Origin: Oopsacas minuta
Taxonomy: Eukaryota; Animalia; Porifera
Direction of reading: 5' to 3'
DNA: 64,000 nucleotides
NCBI GenBank assembly: GCA_024704765.1
Contig: JAKMXF010000327.1
Coordinates: 282,784-346,783, forward strand
The position numbers and the translations under genes are program-made. This document shows, in pieces, positions 49,143 to 61,631 of the stretch (its first letter is position 1; each line of letters starts with the position of its first letter). The notes beneath the pieces were generated by a model. The model searched no databases. It worked only from the letters and a program-made list of their open reading frames with translations, and was not told the origin of the DNA.

Positions 49143-51156
49143 CAGTGAAACCTCTGGAATCGGGGAACCTCTTAAATCGGGGCACTTGAATTTCGCGAAA
49201 ATATTTTCCCCTACAAATGAACCTCTGGAATCGGGCAAACCTGAAATCTAATTCTTTCAGCTTGCATAGAACTAATACTAATCCCCTACGCAATCGGGGC
49301 ATCAATACTGAAATCAACTCAATAAATTTCTATTTTCGCAATAACTATCGAAGAAAACACAATGTAAGTGCTACCTAAGTGAACAAAAACTCATTTCAAT
49401 CCGCCTCTGAGGGTAAATATGTGCTACACAGAACCTACAATAACATTGCGAGCACCTGCCTGCAATTCCTTTGCGACTGCCACCTTATTCAGAACAGAGA
49501 GATCGTTTCTAGCCTTCTTCATAGGCAAAATGTAGCATAGAAATTAATATTCTATTATGCGAGTAATAGTATAATCTCTAAAAAGTAAACACCTTTGGAA
49601 CCAGCAAAATTTTCACTTTAGAGAGGTGTTCAGGTCAAGCAATATGCGGCAGAATGGAATATTTTAACGTTACAGTGTGACTAAATACGAAACAATAGTA
49701 TGGCATAATATGAACTACATATACAGGGTGACCCATAAATACTGTTACTGATATACTATCTAACAACATTCCATATTTCATATAGGAATTCTTTATATTA
49801 TTATGCTATAATTCATTCTAGATCTTATACCCCAAGATATTTATTCATTATGGCATCTGGACACAAGTCAATCGAATTTTTACTGATTAGCAATGGAACT
49901 TCGGCGAGCAGCTGTTATACAGCTTTATGGTGGGGCGGGAAAATCCAAGGTTAAAATCGCTAAACTACTGAAAACGAATAAGATGTTCATTACCCGGTCA
50001 TTGTCCCGTTACAATGATACCGGGTTGATGACTGACAGAGGTAGACCTGCTCGCCCGCGAACTGTAAGAACCTTTTCTAGGATAAGTCGTGTATCTCAGA
50101 GGATCCGCAGAAATCCCTCAAGAAGCATCAGAAATATGGCCAAGGAGATACAAATTAGTAGGGAATCAATGAGAAGAATTGTATTAAGTGACCTACAGTT
50201 GAAAGCCTATAAATTGAATAAGTGCAAGCTTCTTAGCGAGCAAAATTAGAACAGGCGGTTACAAAGATGTAAGAATTGGTTTCGTGTTTCAAAAACCACG
50301 CCCATAGAGATATCATCTTCTCAGATGAGAAATTGTTCACTGTAGAACAAGTGTTAAACTCCCAAAACGATAGAATCCTTGCTACTGCGAAAATTACTCT
50401 CCCTAAATCCACTTTCCAGGTGTCTAGAGCCAAAAAGGCAGCTTCAGTAATGGTGCGGGGAGACATCACATTTGATGGTCGGACACCCCTCGTTTTCATC
50501 TCCCAGGGTCTAAAAATCAATCAAACAGTATACCGTGATTTGATACTAAAGAAAGTTGTCAACCCTTGGGCCAAAAACATTATCAAAATAGAAAATGGGT
50601 ATTCCAACAAGACTCAGCACCTGCTCATAAAGCGAAAGCGACACAACAGTGGTGCAAAGAGAATTTTCCAGGGCAAATTTCTGCCGAAGAGTGGCCTCCT
50701 TGCTCCCCTGACATTAACCCTCTCGATTATTCAGTATGGTCCATTTGAGAGAGCAAGGTCAACTTAAAAAACACCATAGTATTGACGAGCTAAAGAAAAC
50801 CTTGTCTCGAGAATGGAAGAATATTCCAGACTGTGACATTCGTTCTAGCGTGGACTCCTTCCCTACTCGTATTGTTAGGTGTATTAAATGTCGAGGCTGT
50901 ATATTCGAATGATACTCGAAATATATTTTCTATGTAGAGATTCTGACAATTGGTAGAAATTTCGTGTCAACAGCTTCAATATTATCTATTTTATACATAC
51001 AACAATTGGTAACAGTATTTATGGGTTACCCTGTATACGGAAAATGGTGATTTTGACACAATACCGCACTGAAATCCAGAATCGGGGAATTTCCACAATC
51101 GGAGTGTCAGAAAATTTCCCAGTATCTCGCATGCCCCGATTCCAGAGGTTTCACTG
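49143..51156. mobile_element. pogo/Tigger-type non-autonomous element (~0.7 kb plus nested maT)
   Basis: TIR CAGTGAAACCTCTGGAATCGGGG at both ends, with internal repeats of the same motif. TA on the left, CA (probably mutated TA) on the right. Confidence 0.85.
49724..51033 (+). mobile_element. maT (DD37D) element
   Basis: TIR CAGGGT(G/A)ACCCATAAATACTGTTAC with TA TSD. FSDEKLF and QQDSAPAH...DINPLD with 37 spacing; degenerate. Confidence 0.95.
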
Positions 51157-51160
51157 CATA

Positions 51161-52455
51161 CAGGGTTAGGCATAGGTTCTGCACAAAATTTAAAATAAGC
51201 TAGAGGTTCTGCGATTGGTTTTAGGTGAATATTTATTTATCATATATTATCTTCAACATCTTTTACACAATATTTAGAGAATTGAGTCCTACTAGAAATT
51301 TTTTTTGATATATGGACAAAGAAGCAAAACGGTCATTGATAATCTTGTATCATAATGAAGGCAAGTCAGCTTCCGTAAAATCAAAAATACTGTCCATCAA
51401 CAGTGGATAGTCTACCGTACCATCAAACGTTACAAGGAGACTGGCAGTACCCAGGACAAGTTCGGAAAAGGTTGACCTCGTCTGTTCGTACTCCTGCTGT
51501 TAGGAAGCTCGTCCCGGAGAGGGTCAGAAAGAATCCTGTCAGAAGTATCCAAGGCATGGCAAAAGACTTCAATATTTCAACCAGAAGTATGGGGAGGATA
51601 GTAAAAGAGGATTTAGGCTTGAAATGCCACAAATTTCGAGAGGTACAGTTACTTTCTGAGGTGAATAAGAGGCGTTGGTATGAAAAATGTCTGATTCTGA
51701 GAAAAAGGTTCACTGGTGGCACGCACCAGAGTATTGTCTTCTCCGATGAGAAGATTTTTACCGTAGAAATAGCATATAATCGCCAAAACAGTCGAATTCT
51801 TGCTCCAGATCAAAAGTCTATATCGTCATCAATAAGCACAATCAAAAGAACTCAAAAACCTGCATCGGTCAGGTTTGGGGAGCTATTACCTCTGATGGTC
51901 GGACAGCTCTGGTGTTCATTGACAGGGGGTTGAAAATTAACAAAGAGATATATGTAGAGAGCATTTTAAAGAACGCATTGAAGCCTAGGGCTGGTGAGCA
52001 CTTCAATGGCACGCATTGGGCGTTCCAGCAAGATTCCGCTTCCCCCCACAAAGCCAAAATGATATCTGAGTGGTTGAAACCAAATGTACCCAAATTTATA
52101 TAAACTGAAGAATGGCCGGCCTCTTCTCCAGATCTAAACCCTATGGATTTCTGTATATGGTCCATCTTACAGTCCAGGGTATGTGCAAAGCCTCACAGAA
52201 TGTCGAAAATCTGAAGTCTTCCTTGAGAAGAGAGTGAGATTTAATCAGTGAGGACGTGTTGCGTCTGCTGTCGATAATTTCTACAAGCGATTGAGCCTAT
52301 GTATCGCAGCAAAGGGGCAATACATTCGAAGAGCTAGATTAATTTCGTATCCTTAGTATGTATTTTCGCTAATTCATTACGAATTTCAACTACTATTATG
52401 GTAAAATAAGAGATATACTAGTTTATACTTGTTGCAGAACTTATGCCTAACCCTG
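51161..52455 (+). mobile_element. maT (DD37D) element
   Basis: TIR CAGGGTTAGGCATA(G/A)GTTCTGCA with TA TSD. FSDEKIF and QQDSASPH...DLNPMD; degenerate. Confidence 0.95.
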
Positions 52456-53660
52456 TAGTTCACTGTCACAATTCTTGTGGTTCTGAATTTGAATAGAATG
52501 AATTTCCTTTGAATTGTTTGGGTTGCAGTCAATATATGCGCACATTTGATATTGAATGACAACTGTGTGGGTAGTTTAGTATCAGAATTGCTGTGACGCG
52601 ACATTTCAAATGGGTGAAAATTATTTCTATAACTTAGTATCACAGTGAATAACTGCTGAGAGTTGTTATTGATTGAACACCTTTGCATAGTTCACAATCA
52701 CAATTCGTGTGAGGCGGAATTTGAATTGAAGAATTTCCTTTGAATGGTTCTGTATTGCGGTGAATGGGTGCGTAAATTTGAAATTGAATGACAACTCTTT
52801 GTATAGTTCAGAATCAGAATTCATGTGAGGCGACATTTGAAATTGAGTGAAAAATCTTTGTATAGTTTTCTTTCATAATTCATGTGGGCAATTTTGAATT
52901 GCATGAATATCCTTTTATAGTACAGTTTTGCAGAGAATATCTGCAAAGAGTTTATATTGAGATAAAAGGTTTGTATAGCCGACTATCACAATTCTTGTGA
53001 CGCGAAATTGGAAATCTAACCAAAATCTTTGTATGGTTCAGTATTGCATATTATATGAGCGCACATTTGTAATCGACTGGCAACTCTTTGCATCGTTCAG
53101 TATGAGAATTCCTCTGAAACGACTTTTCAAATCAGTGAAAAATCTTTGTACTGTTCAGTATCACAGTGAATATCTGCTGACAGTTGTTATTGATTGAAAA
53201 TCATTGTATAATTCACTATCACAATTCATCTGATTGGGCACTAGAGTTGAATGAAAAGCTTTGTATGGTTCAGTATTGCATTATGTATATGCGCACATTT
53301 GTAATTGACTGACAACTCTTTGTATCGTTCAGTATGAGTACGCCTCTGAAGCGACATTTCAAATCAGTGAAAAATCTTTCTATAGTTTAGTATTACAATG
53401 AATGTCTGCTGACAACCAATATTAAGTGAAAGCCTTTGCATAGGTCAATATCACAATTCATCTGAGGCGGAATTTGGATGAATATCCTTTGTATAGATCA
53501 GTATTGTTGTGAATATTTGCAAAGAGTTGATATTGAGATAAACGTTTGTATAGCTGACTATCACAAATCCTGTGATGTAATATTGGAAAAGGGCTGAAAA
53601 ACTTTGTATTGTTCAACACAAGATTATCTATGAAGGCACATTTGAAATTGAGTGAAATAC
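52456..53660. repeat. ~58-bp satellite, forward polarity, with a ~232-bp tetrameric higher-order repeat
   Basis: The gtattgcat monomer starts at 53041 and 53273. Confidence 0.9.
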
Positions 53661-54990
53661 TGATCTATACAAATGTTTTGAGAGTCAGTTTCACATTTCG
53701 CCACATAGGAATTGTGTAACTAAACAATACTAATAGTTGTCAGTCAATTTCAAATGTCAACACATATTCAGTGCAATACTTGACCATCAAAACATTTCAC
53801 TCAATTTCAAAACCGAAACATGAGAAGTGAAATAGTGAGCTATACAAATGTTTTGAGAGTCTCGATCTCATTTCGCAACAGAATTTGTGAAGCTAAACGA
53901 TACAAATTATTGTCACTAAATTTCAATTACCAAAACATGTGAAGTGAAATCCTGAGCTATACAAAGTTTCAGATCGTCAGTTTCACATTTCGATACTTAG
54001 AAATTGTGAAATTAAACAATTCAACTAGATGTCAGTCAATTTCAACTGTCAACACATATTCAGTGCAATACCTGACTATACAAAACATTTCACTCAATTT
54101 CAATACCGAAACATGGGAAGTGAAATAGTGAGCTCTACAAATGTTTTGAGAGTCCCTTTCATATTTCGATACTTAGGAATTATGAAACTAATTACCACAA
54201 ATTGTTATCAGCCAATTTGAAATGTCAACACATGTTCACTGCAATACTTGACTATACAAAACATTTCACTCATTTTCAATAACGAAACAAGTGAAGTGAA
54301 ATAGTGAGCTATACAAAGTTTTAGATAGTCTGTTTCACCTTTCGCTACATAGGAATTGTGAAACTAATTAATACAAATTGTTGTCAGTCAATTTGAAATG
54401 TGACACACAAAGTTATGAAGTACACTATACAATGTATTGTTACAAAATTCCAAATTTCTGAACATGTTCACCAGGAATATTGTTCAATTCACAGCATTTC
54501 ACTGAATTTCTCATTGAAACATATTACAAGTGAACAACTGAACTATACAAACATTTCACAATCAATTCAAAATTGCACCACCCAGATTTCTGAAAGAATA
54601 CCATACAAAGTATTGTCACTCAATTTCCAATCAAACAAATTAGAAGTGAAAAGCTGAACTATACAAACATTTCACAGTCAAATCAAAATTTCAGCAAACA
54701 GAATGGTGAAATAATAGTACACAAAGTATTGTCACTCAAATTCAAATAAGCCAAAATGTAAGTCAAAAGGTGAACTGTACAAGCATTTCACTGTAAATTT
54801 CAAATGGAAACCCACGGAGTTGTGAAAGTATACCATGCAAAGTGTTGTCACTCAAACTCAAATCAAACAAATTGGAAGCAAATAACTGAACTGTATAAAC
54901 ATTTCATAGTCAATTTCAAATTTCAACAAAGAATTGTGAAATATACTATAAAAAGGATTGTTACCGGATTTCAAATGTCAGAACATTGTA
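53661..54990. repeat. ~58-bp satellite, inverted polarity, with ~175-bp trimers grading into dimers
   Basis: Reverse-complement units; atagtgagct recurs near 54125 and 54301. Forward polarity resumes at ~54995-55140. Confidence 0.88.
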
Positions 54991-55148
54991 ATTTGAAATT
55001 GAATGTGAAATGTTTGCAAAGTTCAGTTTTTCACTTCCAATTTGTTCTATTAGAAAATGATTGAAATGCTGAGTAAAGAACAATATTCTAGTGAATATGG
55101 GCTAACATTAAGAATTGTGTGACAATTCTTTGTCAGACTGACCAGATG

Positions 55149-58100
55149 CAGTGGCGTAGCCAGACCTTGAGCACAACCTGGGCACACCTGGGGCACTAAT
55201 TCACTTTTAGTTCTTGGCAGTACAAGTCATTCAAACAATCAACTATGATAATAATAGTGTATATAATCCAATAAGTAATTCTAGCTCTATAAATAATTCT
55301 AGCAATTTACAAACTATTACTAATCACAACAAGCATATCCTGCCATTCTTGTGCTGAAAAGCAAACCGGTCCACAACCACTTTTAATCGAAGACTAGAAG
55401 AAATATCGCTTTCTATAGACAAAATGGCTAGATTATTAAGGCTTAATTGGCTCAAGGTTGAGCGCAGATAAGTCTTCGTTGGTTTGAGAGAGGAAAATGG
55501 ACGCTCACAAGCTGTACTACTAACAGCAATAGTTAACGCTATGTCTAGTAACCATAACAACTCTGGAAAGGCTGCCTTCAGTGATTTTAGTTTGTCAATA
55601 ATGTAATGAACATCTTCCGTGTGTTGATTTCTTAGAACTTTCTTCACCTGCATCAACTCAATTTGTACATCTTCCTCCAAAATTTTGTAATTTACAAGCA
55701 TAGGCTTGATCGTGGCAAAGTCAAAAAAATTCTTTGACTTGGGAGAGCAAGCTGAAATTCCTTTCATGCACAACTTTGATTCGTTATTAAAACGCTTGTT
55801 TAATTCATCTATCATGCAATCAAGTACACGATAATGGATGCTAACGCAATATTGATCTTCAGTTGAAAGCTCTTCGCGATGTCCAACGGTAGTAGTGAGT
55901 AAGGCATCACACAGTTTAGCAGGTAATTTATGCTCTCTTTTTCGTGGTAAACTGCTTATTTCGATGTCGTGATCATCTGCAATCGTTAGACCTTCATTCC
56001 AAATTTCTTTCCACTGTTTCTCTGATATGTAAGCTTGAAGAGTTTCAAAGGTTGCATCAATCAATGACATTGCAGCACTAAATCAAGGTCAGGATCCTGA
56101 AGTGCCTTTGACAAACCGTTCGTCATACTGAAAAGATGGTTGAACATCACTAAACATAATACGAATTTAAATTCAAATATCTGAAGAAAAAGTCCTTTTG
56201 CCTCTATTGCTCGATCTCGCTGCACACCATCAGAAATGGATCCAAGAGTAGCTAATACGGCTCCAAAAGTCTCTTTGAAAGTCTTAATCACCTCAAAACA
56301 CATGCCCAACGTGATCCAATTAGGCGTTTGAGCCGGCCTGGCTGTTTCTCTGGCCTTTGTTCCGCTTGAACTTTCTCGAACAGGTCAATAAACTTCCCAG
56401 AGAATAAAAATAAATACACTGCTTCCAATAACGAGAAGAAGTCATGTGCTATAGGTACACCCTTTATGGAGTCGATAAGAACAAAGTTCAAGCGATGTGC
56501 ACAGCAATTAATATATAGTGCCATTGGAGCAGATACTCTAAATCGCGCCTGGACACCTGAACACCTGCCACTCATAAAGATGCTCCATCGTAGCCTGACA
56601 CACGCAGTTTTCTCTAAATAGGTTGCAGCTCTGAATCACATTACAAATATACTTATAGAGTGATTCTGCATCCATTTGTTCTGCAAAAGTATACCCAACA
56701 AAACGCTTAGAAACCTGCCATTGTTAACATAGCGTAAGACAATTGAAAGTTGCTACTTCGGACTGATATCTTTGGTTCATTTGCGAGCAACGAGTAAATA
56801 CCGACCTTTTGTACCTCATTGGATATAGTCTGCAAAACCATATCGCCCATTACGCCCAGAAGCTCGTTTTGAATTTCAGGTGAAGTGTACTTTACATTCT
56901 GTGGACCTTCTTTGATACGTTTCCCCACTATCTGATCATGATTACCAATAAAAGTCAGTAATGATCGAAAATTTCCAGGATTCAAAGACTCTCCGGTCTC
57001 ATCATCTCCCCTCAGTGCTATTTCGTGCCTTGCGCATAGAAGGATGATCACCGCAATTGTTTTGACATAGTGCCGATTTTCCTTTATCACATTCTTTCCG
57101 ATTTTGTCTAGACTACGAGATATTGTTGTTCCATGCTGAATGTTGACTTTGTATTCTTCCCAAGTATGGACAGCATCCACATGTACCATACTCTTTCTGT
57201 ACTCAATCAATCTTCCTCTTTGACCAGTAGCATGTTTCCAGTCCCTAAAACCAACATGTGTGAAAGGTGCATCTGGCCGATTCAAGCGACTGGCAAACCA
57301 TCGACATGGAAAGCAATAGGCTACATCTCAGTTAACAGAATATTCAAGCCAAGAGTAGGTCTTATACCAATCTGGATTAAATGAGCGGAGTTTTTCTCCA
57401 AACTTAGTTGTAGGGAATTTATTACGAGTTGCTTTGGTATATCAGATAAGTACAGCGCAATATCTATAGTGATACATATTTGAAATGTAAAGAGGCATAT
57501 AATTAATAAGTGTACATAAGGGTTTCTATGATATCTCACCTTGACATTCCTCAGTTGTATCTGTGGGGATAGTGCCGCTCTCAAACCTTCGCTCTGCACT
57601 ACTCGTTGTTGGTGAATCTTGTAACTTTGCTTGACCATTCATAAATTCGTCCTCACTGGATGAAGTTATTTCAGTTTGGTCAACTCGTAGTTGTGACTCA
57701 GTCAACTGAATTCTTCCTCTGATGTCCTTGAGCATTCCTTATTCTCGTTCTCTTTGGGTAGAGGCTCTGTACTCCATGAACTAGTCAAGGAATCCTCTTG
57801 GCCATTTGGATGATCTAGTTATAATTACTAAAGGGAATGTAAACTAAGCAACCCTGAATATCCGAACATGCCCACTGACCCCAGTTCCTATCCCATTACA
57901 TAGTTGTCAATCTTTTAGCGAGCTTCGATTATCGAAACTTTTGGACTTGTTCCAACGAGTCTGATAATCGAGGTTGCCTTTATTTGAAATTAATAAAAAC
58001 CCGAAAATATCCGTCTATTGAGATTTTACAAAGCTATGGTTGAACAATAATAGAGCAGTAATGTAGCTGTATCCATTAGAAAAGAATATATTTGGACTCC

Positions 58101-58242
58101 CTCCTGAGGATGGATAAGCCCTTGCAGCAGCCCCTAAGATTGGAATAGTGAGGTCGTGGCCCCACAATAGGTGCGACAACCGGGGCCTCAGCTGCGCAAA
58201 CCGGGGCCTAGCCCTGGCTGGCCCCCCTTGGCCACGCCACTG
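55149..58242 (-). mobile_element. Tip100/ZMYM1-like hAT element, degenerate transposase
   Basis: Ends CAGTGGCGTAGCC / GGCCACGCCACTG with perfect 8-bp TSD ACCAGATG. Minus-strand GFRDWK, CARHEIALRG, NPGNFRSLL, YTSPEIQNEL, INCCAHRLN, RW and SSTACERPFSSL. Confidence 0.96.
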
Positions 58243-58399
58243 ACCAGATGTCTTCATTATAAAAAAAGGACTCTTTTCTATGGTATACAACGTATACGTA
58301 AATCACTGAACATTGGACGATAACAGTATATAATAACCTATGAAATTTGATTTTGGATCAATAGAGTAGTGAAATAAAACAGAATTAGTAATATTTTTC

Positions 58400-59200
58400 A
58401 TTTGAGCTGATCTTCTTTAATACAGCTTGGTTATTCAATAATTTCGTGCATTTCTTTGCAAATCAAATTGATATTTGTCAAAACTTCAAGGATAGAACCA
58501 ACGGTAGTAACATATAACCTGTTTCGCTCATCGCTCCATTGAACCTTAAATAAACTGAACACTCGCTCACAACAAGCATTCGATGCAGGAATAGCAAAAA
58601 TAGTAGACACCAATTTTCTTATGCAGAAAATCTATCTTTTGTTATGGTAGCCCAACGCTGATCGAGACTTATTGATTCGAATGTTGACATAGACAATTCC
58701 GGAATGATTCGTTGAAGGCAACATACTTCATCAAATACATCGTCATTAAAAGCTATTTCTGGGCACAAGATTTCAGCAGATTGTCTTAACACTGAGTAAT
58801 TAATTAACTCAAGATTTTCTATTAATAACCAATCTAAATTCCGTGGTAATCTATCCAGATGTAGCCACTTATCGAGATATTCTAATGAAATTTGATAGAA
58901 TGCGAAGCATTCGGATTTGGAATTTTTGGCTTGATGAGTATTGTAGTATTTTTCAGTTCGATTTCGGTAAGTACAAAATACACTTTTATATCTATCATGC
59001 AAAGTGGATTCTAATTTTCTGACTGTATGAATCATTTCAGGCAATGAAAGGTTGCTTTTTTGGAGAATTACATTGGTGTTATTGAATACTTGAAAAGCAC
59101 CATTCAAGAAAAGGAAGTAGCATTGGCAAGATCAGAACTAGAATAAGTTTATAACATCCTCGGACAGCTTTCATTGGATAGAAATAAGATTTCAATGCTT
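58400..59200 (-). mobile_element. C-terminal fragment of a further hAT transposase
   Basis: FAIPASNACCERVFSLFKVQWSDERNRL dimerisation motif with upstream degenerate frame. No ends found. Confidence 0.8.
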
Positions 59201-59238
59201 CCCAAAGTTGCAATATCCTCTCAATCAAGGGTATAAAG

Positions 59239-61631
59239 CAGGGGTCGGCAACCTTTTGAGCCTGCTGGCCAGATTGAGTCTTTCAGTGCATTGCGCGGGC
59301 CAAGCGATCACCATTCTCTGATCTTATTCGAAATTTATCAATTGTCGAATTGGTAATTATAAATAAATATGTTAGAATTGTCTTTAATAATGGAAGAAAA
59401 CTAGAATAAGTGAATTATTAATGTAATTTTTGATGCGGCCATCCTTTGACAGTCTTATTACATCAGGTGATATTGTAGAAGTTGATAATCGCATTACATT
59501 TTCCAAATGGTCGTCCTTTAATCTCGTTCTTAGCTTGTTTTTTGTATATTTCATTCTTGAGAAAAGTTGCTCGCAAACATAGGTACTACCAACAAGTACT
59601 GCAATTGTCTTGGCATGCTTCCTCAGTACTGGAAATTTGTCATTTGTCAAGTACTTCTGATAGAATTCCACAAGAGAAAGATCCCGGTACCTTGACTTAA
59701 GCTGGACAGAATTTTGAAGCTCGATTAGCTCCAATTGCATCTCTTCTGGGGCCTCAATATTATTGACGCCAAATGGACTAGGGAAATAACTGAACTCCCT
59801 TTGATACTTCTCTACGTCAGCAAACCGGATATCAAATTGTACGCTTAGATCAGATATAAAAGTAGAATAGCAAGTTACATCAATTGGCTGATTTGCATTA
59901 AGACTAGGAAAATGTGCACAATTCTGCTGATTCAATTGAAACTCCCACAATCGCAACTTAGCTTGAAATGCACATACATTCATAAAGGACGTTAACTAAC
60001 TGGTTCTTCCCTGTAGTTTCAAATTTAAACTGTTCAAGTGATTGGTAATATCCACAAGAAAAGCAAAATCTGACGACCATTTTGAATCGCTAAATTCCGG
60101 AACTTCCAAACCCTTTTCTCTAACGAATGTCGTCAATTCATTTCTCAGCTGATACACTCTCTCTAGCATAGCACCTCTGCTTAACTAGCGCACTTCGCAA
60201 TAATATAATAAATCACCGTATTGAGAATCTATCTCTTCCATCTGTTGTTGTAATTGACGATGATTCAACCCCCTTGAACGTACAAAGTTCCCAGTCCTAA
60301 CAACCACTCGCATGACTTCTTGCATCCTCAAAGATTTTGCACATAGGGCTTCAAGATGAATTATGTAGTCTGTCCGCACTAAATTTCGCTCGATTCCAAC
60401 ATTCTCATCTCTTTTTCAATTAATGAAACAGCTCCGTTCACGGTACCGGTCATTGTTGGGGTACCATCTGTTGTCACTCCACAAAGATCATCTAATTTTG
60501 GACCAAAGTCATCTATAACACTTTTAACTGCATTAAAAATATTTAGACCAGTTGTAGTATCCCTAAGTGGAATCAAGCTTGCAAACTCTTCAGTGATATC
60601 AAAGTGCGCATTAATCCCTCTTATAAAAACAGCAACTTGAGCAGTATCCTTGAGATCAGTACTCTCATCCAAAGCAATGGCGAAAAATTCAAATTGGCGT
60701 GTAAGTTCTTTTAATGATATTTTGACGTCAGCAGATAAATCTTCAATTCTACGTGTGACAGTTCGTGCAGAAAGACTGATGTTAGCGAACAGGCTTTCTA
60801 CTCAGGGCAAACAAAGTCAACCGCAGTTAGAAGACATTCTTTCATAAATTCTCCATTAGTAAACGGTTTCATTTTTCTGCCAATGATTTCACTCATAGCG
60901 AAACTTGCACAAGTACTGTTTGCGGATTCTGTATCTTGCTTTGTGAAAATATCTTGTTGTTTACACAGGGATCCTCGTAAAGAATTAATCTTTACTTTTT
61001 CCTCTTCTCCAATAATTGAATCAAATTTCTCCGAGTGCATTGTTGTGTAATGTCGCTTTAGATCTCACTCTTTTACAACAGACACAGTTGCATTACATAG
61101 TAAACATGAAGGCTTGTCTCCAAACATAATAAAAAAGTATTGTTCAGTCCAACTTTCCGTGAATGTTCGATTTTCCTGATCTACTATCCTTCTCTTATTT
61201 GATGCCATACGTAAATAAATCTGAACAACAAAATCACTCGAAAAATGCTAAACTTAAAGATAAGTGAAGTTAATGAAAAATTGAAAAAATCTTAGTAAAA
61301 TGCTTTTGAATTCAAGGACTATTTACTAACAATGATAAGTGAACAAAGAGCAGCCTTGAAAAGACGTAATAATCATATTAATTCAATTATATTATTGACA
61401 GGTTGTAACTTATAAGGTGCAAAAGAAATACATTGCGCATGGGCAATCACCACTATTCATTGAACGATGTATTGAATCATGCATTCACCATCAAGGATTA
61501 ACTTAGAAAAATAACATTCTAAAATTTTTGCTTCCAAGTGATGGACAAATTGGAGTCCACAAGATGGATGCTAAGAAGAGCGCCGCAGGCCAGATGAATT
61601 CACCTTGCGGGGCGAAGGCTGCAGACCGCTG
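59239..61631 (-). mobile_element. Buster-family hAT (GTF2IRD2-like), degenerate
   Basis: Ends CAGGGGTCGGCAACC / GGCTGCAGACCGCTG (11/15 match); TSD poorly conserved. Transposase fragments 61208-59384 include MDESTD, TTDGTPTM and GSTYVCEQLFS. Confidence 0.88.

Noticed and set aside
5515-60847. Antisense and alternate-frame ORFs overlapping transposases (for example 5515-5859, 10980-11216, 27938-28294, 40472-40901, 44167-44478)
   Set aside because: They are shadows of the real transposase frames with no independent motifs.
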